Virus record (IMG/VR): IMGVR_UViG_3300037420_001751
DNA from: an uncultured virus (IMG/VR IMGVR_UViG_3300037420_001751)
Taxonomy: Duplodnaviria > Heunggongvirae > Uroviricota > Caudoviricetes
Length of the DNA: 64,000 bases
Strand: one strand, 5' to 3'
This document shows positions 35,824 to 46,200 of this stretch, piece by piece; the stretch's first letter is position 1, and every line of letters starts with the position of its first letter. The notes under the pieces are model-generated. The model was not told the origin of the DNA. It saw nothing but the letters and a program-made list of their open reading frames with translations, and ran no database searches. The position numbers were made by a program, and so were the translations under genes.

Positions 35824-37635
35824 TTAATCTCCGGGTGTTGTCTTTTTGGACAACTTTCTCGCAATACTGCGGGCGTGCTTACGCTGTTCCTCAGTACCGC
35901 CAATCCACTGCGTCATCTCATCGCCAGTGATTACGGATGCCACGTCCCTCTTAACCAAAAGTGATTCAACAATCTTCTCATCCACTGTTTCCGAGGCCAT
36001 GAGATCAATGTATAGGACTCGGTTTGTCTGTCCGATACGGTGAGGGCGGTCTTCACTTTGGACACGATTCTCCAGATTGTAGTCATTCGAGTAGTAGATA
36101 ACGGTAGTGGCTGCGGTGAGAGTGAGTCCTTTGGCGGCGGCATCCGTCTGTGCGATAAAGAATCGCACACTGGGGTCTTTCTGAAAGCGATCAATGGCAA
36201 GCACACGGTCGTCGGGTTTAATTTTTCCGTGATAAGCTACAAGGGCGTCTTTTCCGTACCGCGCAGCAAGGGCCGTCCAAATTTCCCGTAACGAGAATCG
36301 GTAGTCGGCAAAGATGATAGCTTTTCCTTCCACATTTTCCAATGTCTCCATCAAACACGTAAGCCGCGGGTTGTTCTCGCTAATCGCGACCCCTACGTCC
36401 TTATCCGGATCTTCTGGTGGAAGGAAACCGCACGCGATTTGGTGGAGACGCATCAGCCTGGTCATCGCAAGCGGCGCTGCAATCCGCCGCCCTTCGAACT
36501 CAGTCATGATGTTCTTCACCATGTCATCGTAGTGTTTCCACTGTGCCTCGCTCATTTCAAAGTATTGGCGCTGATAAACCTTGGGAGGAAGATCCAGACA
36601 CTCTTTCTTCAATACACGAAAACTGTGCGGCTCAATAAGCCTCTTGAGGTCCTCAAGATTCTGGTAACCCACAACAACTTGCACCGGACGGCCGTGGTAT
36701 TTCTTTCCTGGTAAGTCTTTGAGAACAGCGAAATGGTTTCTGAAAGAGTAGTATGAGCCGAACCCAAGGATACTGTCATCAAGGAAGTTGAATTGTGTAT
36801 ACGCATCTAGAGGACCTCGAGTGATGGGCGTACCGGTAAGGATACGTTTATAAACCGCGATCTTTCCGATTTTGAGTACGGACTTAGTGCGCTTGGCTCC
36901 GGGTGTCTTGATGGTAGTGCTTTCGTCTACTACTACCAATGAAGGAGTAGTGAGCAAAAAATTTTCAACATACTTGATGACTTTAGCGTGCGAAAAGGCT
37001 TCCACATTGAAGGCAAGAATACGGAGCCCCTCTTCACGATTATCCTGCAGTACGTTGCGGATGGACTTCTCCCCTTTAGCGGAGGTCCAATACGCTGAGT
37101 TCGCTTTACAAAAGTCGGGGAGATGAGTTGGGATTTCATTACCGACCCAGTTGCGATGTACACCGTTGGGGGCAATGATAACAAGTCCTCTGATTAAACC
37201 TTGTGCATACAGCCACGCCGCGGTGTCGAGGGTGACTTTCGTTTTTCCCGTACCCTGCTCCATGAGCAACGCATAGAACTTCCGGTCGCGAGAACTGCGA
37301 AAGACCTTGTCCTGGTGCTCGAACGGTTTCGTCTTAAACGGGAAGTCGGGAAGCGTAAGGGGCGGAGGTACAGCTTTAGCGCGTATCGTATCAGCTTGTT
37401 GGCAATAGCGACGTGTGCGCTCATCCCAAGCTGCTTCCGGAAATGCTTGCCGCATGAAATCGAGGTTAGGGGCGCTGGGCTCAAAGATGAGCAAGTTTCC
37501 CCTCCACTCATGGTGACCAGGTATCTTACGGATTCTGCTTAAGTTTTCCTGGTTGATGGCAAGTTGGACGGCTGCTTGCTTGCCGTGTGCTTTGATTTCA
37601 ATTGGCATGTCTGTGGCTACTGTGCTGTTGTGCAT
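35824..37635 (-). CDS. SNF2-family helicase (alternative start 37608)
   Basis: MEQGTGKT, VVDEST, LTGTP, GLTL, QSEDRPHRIGQ. Confidence 0.92.
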   Translation of the reverse strand: MHNSTVATDMPIEIKAHGKQAAVQLAINQENLSRIRKIPGHHEWRGNLLIFEPSAPNLDFMRQAFPEAAWDERTRRYCQQADTIRAKAVPPPLTLPDFPFKTKPFEHQDKVFRSSRDRKFYALLMEQGTGKTKVTLDTAAWLYAQGLIRGLVIIAPNGVHRNWVGNEIPTHLPDFCKANSAYWTSAKGEKSIRNVLQDNREEGLRILAFNVEAFSHAKVIKYVENFLLTTPSLVVVDESTTIKTPGAKRTKSVLKIGKIAVYKRILTGTPITRGPLDAYTQFNFLDDSILGFGSYYSFRNHFAVLKDLPGKKYHGRPVQVVVGYQNLEDLKRLIEPHSFRVLKKECLDLPPKVYQRQYFEMSEAQWKHYDDMVKNIMTEFEGRRIAAPLAMTRLMRLHQIACGFLPPEDPDKDVGVAISENNPRLTCLMETLENVEGKAIIFADYRFSLREIWTALAARYGKDALVAYHGKIKPDDRVLAIDRFQKDPSVRFFIAQTDAAAKGLTLTAATTVIYYSNDYNLENRVQSEDRPHRIGQTNRVLYIDLMASETVDEKIVESLLVKRDVASVITGDEMTQWIGGTEEQRKHARSIARKLSKKTTPGD

Positions 37636-37915
37636 GCCTACTATTGCAAAAATTTAAGCAACCACCAAGCTGGTTGGAACTCGAAAAACATTGTCATAAG
37701 ACCTCAGACACCAACTAACTGCTTTGCTATGTAGCAATTACCCGTATTGGTGTCTGTGGTAATGTTGAGTATTACAAACAAAAATTGTTCTTGTTGTTTG
37801 AATTATTGCTATATGTACACGCACCGCGGGCACAAAAGCGTTCCTTACCCCAAAAGTACAACGCCGCGTCCTATAGCTAGGAACACGGCGCTGCGTACAA
37901 CCGACAGCGGACCTT

Positions 37916-38239
37916 TTATGCTTGCGGCGGCTTAGCAGCCCCCTTAATAGCAACCCAGACTTCCGCAGCCTTGTTGATGCTATACAGCGTGATGATGAAG
38001 AAAATGATCCCCGCGAATTCAGGAAGCGAATTCGTTTTCCAGACAATACGGGTCACCCACGAGATCGAGGCGAGAAGGGCGATAAAAGATCCAATGCGCC
38101 CCCACGAGGGCCGGTCGTTGTCATCGGAAAACAACTGCCAGCAGAACTTACCGAAGTTCTCGTTGCGGTGAAGGAAATAGGTGAAGAACAAACCGAGCAT
38201 CACCGGGATTACAATCCAGAACAGAATAAAGAAAATCAT
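37916..38239 (-). CDS. holin-like membrane protein
   Basis: Three hydrophobic segments, FSD..RPSWGR motif, basic C-terminus, in lysis cassette. Confidence 0.6.
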   Translation of the reverse strand: MIFFILFWIVIPVMLGLFFTYFLHRNENFGKFCWQLFSDDNDRPSWGRIGSFIALLASISWVTRIVWKTNSLPEFAGIIFFIITLYSINKAAEVWVAIKGAAKPPQA

Positions 38240-38949
38240 TTGCTTGGAGCCTCCTGAACGTGAAGTTGCGGCATTACTAAGTCTTTCGGATTATGAACCT
38301 TGAGTTCGCGCGGTTTGCTGCAGAACCAGAAACACTGCCATTTCTTCACTGGCTTAGAAACCAACGGAAAAATAGTGTTGTAGTCCTGGTACAATCCAAC
38401 GGTAAAGTTGGAAAGCGTTCCATACTGCTGGATCACGTTCTGCTTCTGCTGCTCCTCTTTCTTTGTTTCTTTGTGCGCTACTTCAAGTTCTTGATCGCAC
38501 AGTTCTTTTTCCTTGAAACACTGAAGCACCTGGCGGTTCTGAGAGAGCGTTAAGGGTTCACCGGGCTTGCTGCCAAGGATCACTGCAACTTGTTCTGCTA
38601 CCTGTGCCGCGGAAAGCTGCTGCACTTGTTGAGGTACCTGCTGACGTTGTTGGGCAAGCGATACCGCAATATTGCCAAGGATCTCTTGCTGTTTCTGCAG
38701 AGAGGCAAGCTGCACCTGCAAATTATTCAGCGTGGTGGCGGTTGCGGCGTATTTATCGTCAACCGATCTCCCCTGATCCGTAACGACTTGCTGAACGATT
38801 GCTTTCTTTTCTCGTTCTGCGCCGATGGAACGCTGGTGCTGCTGCCAAGCGAGGTATCCCGCGATAGCAGCAAGAACAATGAGCGTATCCTGCGCCCACT
38901 TGTTCTTCATGACGAATTGAATAACCGCCCATGATCCTGTGATAAACAT
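38236..38949 (-). CDS. i-spanin-like protein
   Basis: N-terminal TM anchor, long Gln-rich coiled coil, directly after the endolysin. Confidence 0.5.
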   Translation of the reverse strand: MFITGSWAVIQFVMKNKWAQDTLIVLAAIAGYLAWQQHQRSIGAEREKKAIVQQVVTDQGRSVDDKYAATATTLNNLQVQLASLQKQQEILGNIAVSLAQQRQQVPQQVQQLSAAQVAEQVAVILGSKPGEPLTLSQNRQVLQCFKEKELCDQELEVAHKETKKEEQQKQNVIQQYGTLSNFTVGLYQDYNTIFPLVSKPVKKWQCFWFCSKPRELKVHNPKDLVMPQLHVQEAPSK

Positions 38950-38952
38950 GTT

Positions 38953-39486
38953 TTAGTCTTCCTCAAAAGCGCGTGCCCGACGGATCCAATGTCCGTCGTC
39001 ACCGTCTTTTGTAACTACGAACTTCGAGTACTTCTCCGGATTTACATCCGCCAGGTGACGATAGTACGCTTCCTGAGCGGCACAGATCTTCAGCAGCAGT
39101 TCTTTGGGTGCAGCCGCGTTGAGCGCAGCAACGGTTTTCGACCCGAACGCCCCGTCCATCTCCAAGCCACAACACATCTGCACGATTTTCGTGGCTCGAG
39201 GTGCGCCCATGTTGACGGACATATCCATGATCTTGGAAGCCAGGCTGTAGGATTTTACTTGTGGAAGCCGGGTGTTGTTCCAGAATTCGCGGATATAGAA
39301 ATCCTTCGCGTACGAACGCGCCTTTTCATTCGGAAGGGTAAAGATCTCTTTCGCAGCGTTTGGGTACGATCTCTCCGAGATACCGTAACGTGTACGCCCA
39401 CCGGTATCAGAAGTAATCTTACCGGTGCCCGGTTCGTCCTCGTGATGAAGGACGAATTCAGTCGCTCGTTCCGCTATAGTCATCAT
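38953..39486 (-). CDS. endolysin, glycoside hydrolase family 108-like
   Basis: HE......SDTGGRTRYGIS, FY..EFW, DMSVNMG, DGAFGSKT, C-terminal W.RR. Confidence 0.85.
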   Translation of the reverse strand: MMTIAERATEFVLHHEDEPGTGKITSDTGGRTRYGISERSYPNAAKEIFTLPNEKARSYAKDFYIREFWNNTRLPQVKSYSLASKIMDMSVNMGAPRATKIVQMCCGLEMDGAFGSKTVAALNAAAPKELLLKICAAQEAYYRHLADVNPEKYSKFVVTKDGDDGHWIRRARAFEED

Positions 39487-39830
39487 GTCCTCGTAAGGTG
39501 GTGTGTTCCCGAATTTGGAGAACAATCGCAACTGCATGCAAGAGTCCGAATACGAAACTGATCAACGCCATCGCGCCGTACATCTTGTTGCGGGAATCTT
39601 CTAGAGAACGAATCCGCTCTTCTTTTTCCTTAGACTCTTTTTCAATGGAGTCAAGCTTTTCCTTCAGCGCAGCGATGGTGTAGTCTTGTGCGGTGTCGCG
39701 CTGCGCCTGTTGAACTCGTTCCTGCGACGTGTAGCTCTGCGCCAGCGCAACAACGGAACCACCTAAGACCACAAAGCAGAATGAAAGAGCCACCGCCCGA
39801 ACAGCAATCAACCACTTGCACCTGCGAGTC
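39458..39830 (-). CDS. membrane protein (holin/XhlA-like)
   Basis: Hydrophobic N-terminus, coiled coil RIRSLE, C-terminal TM segment; upstream of the endolysin. Confidence 0.5.
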
Positions 39831-39940
39831 ATAGGTACCTTCTGAGCCACGCGCTTTCTCCTAAGCGGCCTCAAAGCCGCGCTTAGCGCGTCCGTGGGCA
39901 ATGCAACTAGGTTAACCAAGCTGTATGAAGGTGGCAATCT

Positions 39941-40285
39941 TCAAAAATCAATTTGACAATTCTCTCTCATCCACTTACGGACCTTGAATGTATTGTCCGT
40001 ATTCTTCGCGTCGATACCCTTACGCTTCAACTTTTCAATGTGATGCGGTTTGACCTTTTCATCTGAGTCAAGAATGTTAGGTAGTACTCCCGGAGCGACC
40101 TCGGGGTCCGTTTCAAAGGCCTTTTGAACATCCGGTGAGTGGAAATGGGTCGCAAGAACAACTTCGTCGTCCTCAGCCGTTGGAGACCACCATTGGCAAT
40201 CAACAAATTTGTCCTTATGCCGTTCCAGCGCTGTGCGGGGAACGACATAGATATTACGTAGATGGCGGATGTGCTGAAGTTTCAT
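39941..40285 (-). CDS. hypothetical protein coupled to the tail tip gene
   Basis: ATGA overlap at 40282-40285. Confidence 0.55.
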   Translation of the reverse strand: MKLQHIRHLRNIYVVPRTALERHKDKFVDCQWWSPTAEDDEVVLATHFHSPDVQKAFETDPEVAPGVLPNILDSDEKVKPHHIEKLKRKGIDAKNTDNTFKVRKWMRENCQIDF

Positions 40286-43200
40286 TTTGATGAAATAATG
40301 TTGTGAACAATATGTGAGGGTGCGATATCGCCGCATGCGAACTCGTGGTCTTCCGCACACGTAATCACAGCTTTTTTACTGTTAATGCGGAGGCGTCGCA
40401 CGCTGTTGACCACCGCGTATGAGCCTCCCGGAACCTCAACAACGTCGTAGACTTTCATGTTACTTACCCGCGTGTCGCTCCCGTCCGCGAGCTTCATCCG
40501 TGTCTCCGGACTCTGTACAACACGGCCGTAATCCGTTTCAATCTCGATAAATTCGTCACAATCCACAAACGTAATTCGTTGGATCGTAGTCCAACCACCA
40601 CGGCCGTTAGAAATTACATCACCCACTACGCAGGTGCGAATTTCCACATCACCACGTTCTTTGTGATGGACAATTTGACGCCACTCCGGACATTCACTTC
40701 CACCGAAGCCGGATCCACCACCCGTTCCCGTTGAGGGAGTCGCGATTTGTAATGCACCGTTGGAAATTTGGATATGACCGTCCGCTGTCTGCTCCGCTAC
40801 CGCCGCATCGCTGCGGGAAGTGAAGGCGATAGCCGGGGAACCAGTTGTCCCTGTAACGAAGGTCATTCGCAGATTAGTGATGTTGTAGTAGATATAAAAA
40901 TAATAAGTCGTTCCCGCTGACAGGGAGGACGCGGTAAGTGAACCAGCAGGGACCCGGATTTTGCGGTTGGCTGCGAATTGAATGAGTAATTGTACCCAGG
41001 ATACCTGGATACTGGTCGTTGTAGTGCTAGACGCAAATCCACTGTTAATCGTCGCTGAGATGACGGAAGCTTGGCCAGTGAGCGAGATACTACTCGTTCC
41101 GGTCAGTGCTTGAAGCGCCGTTACGTAGTCATCATCAACCCAGCTCGTAGCTGAGCTTCCCACCTCGACTTGAATTTTTTGGACCTTAAACGTTTTTCCG
41201 GATGGGATGCTTACCGCCTCATCCGTGCTGTCGATAAAGACACGTAAGACGGGATTAAAACTTCCCGGGGTGGTGGCTGTAGCCGATATCCTTACCCACT
41301 GGTTGGTGATCGCGGTGGACAACTTAAGGTGTGCCCGCGCAATCGTTCCGCCACCTTCGTCCAGGATTTCGATGCACAAGCTGCCCGCGCATCCGCTCGG
41401 GACCCAAACATAGCCGGACACCGTGTAAGGCGTACTTGCTATCATGCCAAGGATGGGTTGGGTCATCCATCCAAGCGTGGCAGACGCTGAAGATCCGGTA
41501 GTGAAGAATGCGTGCCCGCCATCCGTTACACCATCGTACGCATAAACGTCCGCAGCACGCAGACCGGGCAAGCCCGGTCCTGAAACACCTGCTGGTTCCC
41601 AAAGCGCATAAGCAGCTTTGAACGTTGAATTCTTGATAAGATTTGTCGAATTGCCAAGGACAAGCGCTGTGAACGTTGGGGCGGACTGATAGGGGGCATA
41701 AAACCCCTGGATATCGAAACCAACAACACGAAAGATCGCCGCATCGCCGGCTTTCACGTCATAACTGAACTGTGGGTTACCGTACACACGTCCGAGGAAA
41801 ACTTCCGGTCCATTGTTGATAGACGCGTACACATCGGCGCCGTATGTGTTTTGTCCGTTAATCCAATTTAGAACAAAGCGGTTCTGCCACGTACCGTCCA
41901 CCATTACAGCAGTTTCCGTGCCAGTCAAACTCTTAACCTGGGCATTCGCTGCTTTGCTGGTGTAGAACGTGAAACGAACATTATCCACGCGAGCAACTGT
42001 TACGGGTTGACCCCCCGCGGTAACCATACTGACGGAAATTGCCACTCCCCAATCCGCTGCGTTAGCATCTGCGACTGTTAACTCCTGGTAGGGAACAATG
42101 GACACGTTGTCAAACCAAGCGCTCCCCACAATTCCGCCAGCGTGACCGAGCTGTGCGTAGAGGCGTAATGTTCCTCCAACCGTACATTTAAAGACAACTT
42201 CAACGTAGGTCCAATCCACAGCAGCGTCACAAGCCGCAATGCCCACATCCCAAGGATTTGATCCCGATGCAGTTCCAAACGGGGTAGAACCTACCCGGGA
42301 TACTACTGCGATAGAACCGCTGATAACATCCAGATTAAGGACGGCGCCCCAGCCCGAGTCCGCGGTATTGAGAGCAGTGGTTTTAATCCAACCCGACAAC
42401 CGGTATACCTTACCCTGGGTAACGGTGATATCTTGATAGCTAAAGGAATCCGTAGCGGATGCGTTAGTGATCTTTAAAGATTTCGCCCCCGACTTTACAA
42501 AGTCGTTTGCGACAAGCAATCCACTTGCGTTGCCAAGCGTCCAGCTTGGAGCTTGAACACCAACTGTGCCAGTTTCGCCGCCACCGTTGGCGAGAAGTTC
42601 AGCACCGAGATGTACATCCCAGAGGTCCTTCGTGCCCCCATAGGTGCGGTGTCCTTCAGTAGCGGACCAGGCGCCATTTGCTCGATTGCTGCCTACTACC
42701 ACGCCGTTTTTTAACAGCTTGACAGTCGCATCCGTAACGGAACCACCCGCCGCTACAACCGCGGCACACTCCACGTCTACGACGATACCTACGATTGTAT
42801 CTGCGGGGAGGATCTTAGGGTCCGGATTCTGGGCAAAAAGGAAGTTGGAAGTTTCAGTCGTCCCAGCCGCGCTGTTTTGTGCCGTTGCGTATACATTATC
42901 CGACAACAAAATATTCCCAACGTTGCTCCAGGCACGCGTACCTGTACCCGCGTTGTTCGTGGACGATTGAGCGTTCAACGGACCGTATACCGCATACGCG
43001 CTGCGTGTAGGAGTGATTAACGGATCAGTATCGAGATCTGTGTAGAACTGCGCGTTGTATTCAATGGCACGGATACGAACGTTGAGATCTTGATGACGAC
43101 TAATGTTTGTGATACGAAACTTCTTATATGTGTTGACCGACGAAATAAAGAAATAGATATTCGGAATAGTTTCGTCGTCTTCGATACCGTTGACTGTAGT

Positions 43201-46200
43201 GCTGAATGGAGTGGAAACTGTGATTGTGTCTGAAGTTCCCACTACTGTGGTTACCGGAATAGTTTCGATTACATCCGTGTCGTACAAGAAATAAGTCTGC
43301 CCGTTAGACAGTCCGGTAGTGTCTTCTACTTCAACGTAGCCTGTGCCTGTTGATACCACCTTCAGGTCAATGGCTCCCACTACAAAACGCTTAACAGTCG
43401 TATCGAGCGTGTACCCGTTTAACGTGACGATATTGTCCGAGATGTTGTTGATAGTCCCTGTAGCGCGTTGTACCTTATCGTGACGAGTGACTAGCGAGTA
43501 AGTAACACCCCCACCAACCATCGTAACAGGTTGGTCAAGACGGAACGAGGTACTGCTATTGCGCTTCCGGATGCGACCACTGATACTGTATTTCGGGACA
43601 TCGTGCGCAAGGGCAATCACGCTCCCCAGCGTTGCTCCCAAACCATCAATGCTAGTCACAAATTCAACTGACATGCGTTGATAATCGTTTGAGAGTAAGT
43701 GATAACGCCCCAGCAGCCACGCACGCGCTTCGCTGGTCACGCCCCACAAATCCATTTGCCCAGCTTTACGGATCTCTTGGCCAGCTTGAATAACTTCAGT
43801 TTTCTCGACAATGATGGGCTGGCGCTTGTAACCGTTTAATTCGTCGCTGTAGAACAAGTCTAAAGAATTCGCGCGATCGGTCTGGCCGAGCCAGCTCTCC
43901 TTGAGGCTTCCGCGAAGGATGTTGCCCATTCCAAAGATCTGATCTACATTGCCCGGCTTGTCTACAACCACGGAGATGGAAGTACCCACCTGGATAAACG
44001 TGGAGCCGCACGAAGGGCCAAGCTTCGTGTTTAAAAAATCCCAGACGTTTGTTTGCGCATCGGCAATGCCGTTGATCTCATAGCGGAAGATTTGCCCGCC
44101 ACGACCGTTAGATACAACTTCGTTTGAACGATTGGCAAGCTCGAGAAATTTCTGTTCGTTGACACTTGAATAATCTTGCCCAGCTCCGTAGACATCATTA
44201 GTCAGCGCATCCCAACCTACGATGGCTGGGTTATTACCGAGGAACGGCTCCAGAACGTTGTGCTTAGAGCGTCCGGTGGTGTAGTGCTGCTTGAAACGCA
44301 TCGGACGAACGGAGTAGTTGTAAAAAGCCCACTCATCAAAACGCGCACCGTAGAAATTACGCGCCACCTTTTTCGGTTGGAAAGTACCGGTGGGTAGCGT
44401 AATGGTCTGACTGCTGTCCAAGACTCCGTTAATGATGATTTTAAGATTGGTTCCATTGACGATAATAGCGATATGATAAAGCGTGTCTAGGGCTAGCGCT
44501 GCGGTTGAAAAATAAGACGTACCGCCCACAATCGACACGTTAATCTTGCGCAGATTCGTACCAGCTGCATCGTTGCGCACATAAGCATAGGTGGTCCCGG
44601 TGACGGATTCCATAAGGAAACCATCCGCGCCTACACCACCCGCACTGGCATTTGTCTTTAACCAGCACTCGAACGACCAGTTCGCCGCGGGAATAGTAGG
44701 TGGGGTGTCAATCGACACGTAGCTGATATTGTTATCGTAGTTGGGCCGGATCGCCAGGCTTGGACTATTCTTGATCAATCCGCGCAGATTCTTGTTCACC
44801 GTACCGTTGTATGTACCGTTGTAACCCAACCCAGATGCATCCAACACTGTTGTACCGCCGGTCTCGTCAAAGCGGTAAAAAATAGTCGGGCGGTCTGCCG
44901 CGACCATGTGCTTGTAACCAGCAGTCTCGGGCGTACCGTGATCCACGAGCGCGGTCACGTTCATAGTTTGACCGTTTAATTGCTCCGTCGCGAGGGCGCG
45001 AATACCTAACAAGATAAGACCGGGATGAGTTAAAGAACGATACTCAATCTCTTTAACTGATTCAAGCCACATCTCGTCGCTTGCGCCGTTTTGATCTTTG
45101 TCAGCCCGAGTCAACGAATTCGACGTAAAGGACACGTGGCTCGCATCATCCACATAACCGATCTTTGTGATACGAACATCGTACTTCCCCTTCGTCAATT
45201 TATCAATGCGTAGAGTATCACGTTGCGGCTGCGATGAAGCTGCGCTTGTGAATTTAGAAACAGTCGTCCACGTCTGCGGAATCACAAGTGTAGATCCGGA
45301 TTGCCCACCCGTGGCGGAGTTCATCGGATTCTTGGTCCAGGTACCTTGGTTACGCTGCGAACGTGAATAGACAGTCGAGAACTCGTCGTAATAGTTGACC
45401 GTTACCGTTTGATCATACGGCTCACCCTCGTAATGGTCGGTAGGGTTAGCGCTCGTGGCGTATACGAACGTCATACCAGTGGGCGCGCCCAACAACTGGT
45501 CGTTCGCAATTGCAACCCAATGGTCAGTCTGATTGACATTAGCAGTTGTCCGAGGGGTGAGAACCTCCGTGAAGGCTCCGCCGTTCAAAGCTACTTCCAA
45601 CTTCCAGCCTACCGCCAGGTTTTTGAGCTTGCCCTTGTCGTCAGTACGGTAGAGTCCTTTAGGAAATACAACCCCAACTTCTACAGCTTCGGTATTAGAA
45701 CTCTTACCAGAAATTGTGACTGCACCACCGCTGACACTAACTTTAACGTTCTGCGCATAGTCATCGATAACGTCGTTGAAGAACGGGATTACCGATTGGT
45801 CAATATAACCCAATCGCTTTTCAACCCAGATGCCCTTGTAATTTTCCAAGGGATTATCGTTGATAAGAATATTGGAAATAGATTTCGCGGGGCCGTGCCC
45901 CAATGCAATCAGCAAGTGCTGGTATTGCTTATTGCTTTCTGTCGTCACATAACTTGCAATGACGTTCCCAGCTTCCTGAAAAGTACCCCACCCCTTCGCA
46001 ATAGGAATACCTTGCCGCGCGGTAAGCTGTGCTCCAGACCATCCGTAGGTCGGAGTTTCCTGTTGCTTCGTCGGAGAGGGCGGCGGAATAATCGCGTTGA
46101 TCAATAAAGAACCGCCAATCGATACCGCCGCACCGATAATCGCGCCCCAAAAAATGGAAAGACCGCTGAGTAGGATACCGCTCGTGATCAATGTGCCCAC

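Noticed and set aside
39458..39830. u-spanin call for the two-hydrophobic-segment protein
   Set aside because: LSFC does not fit the lipobox consensus
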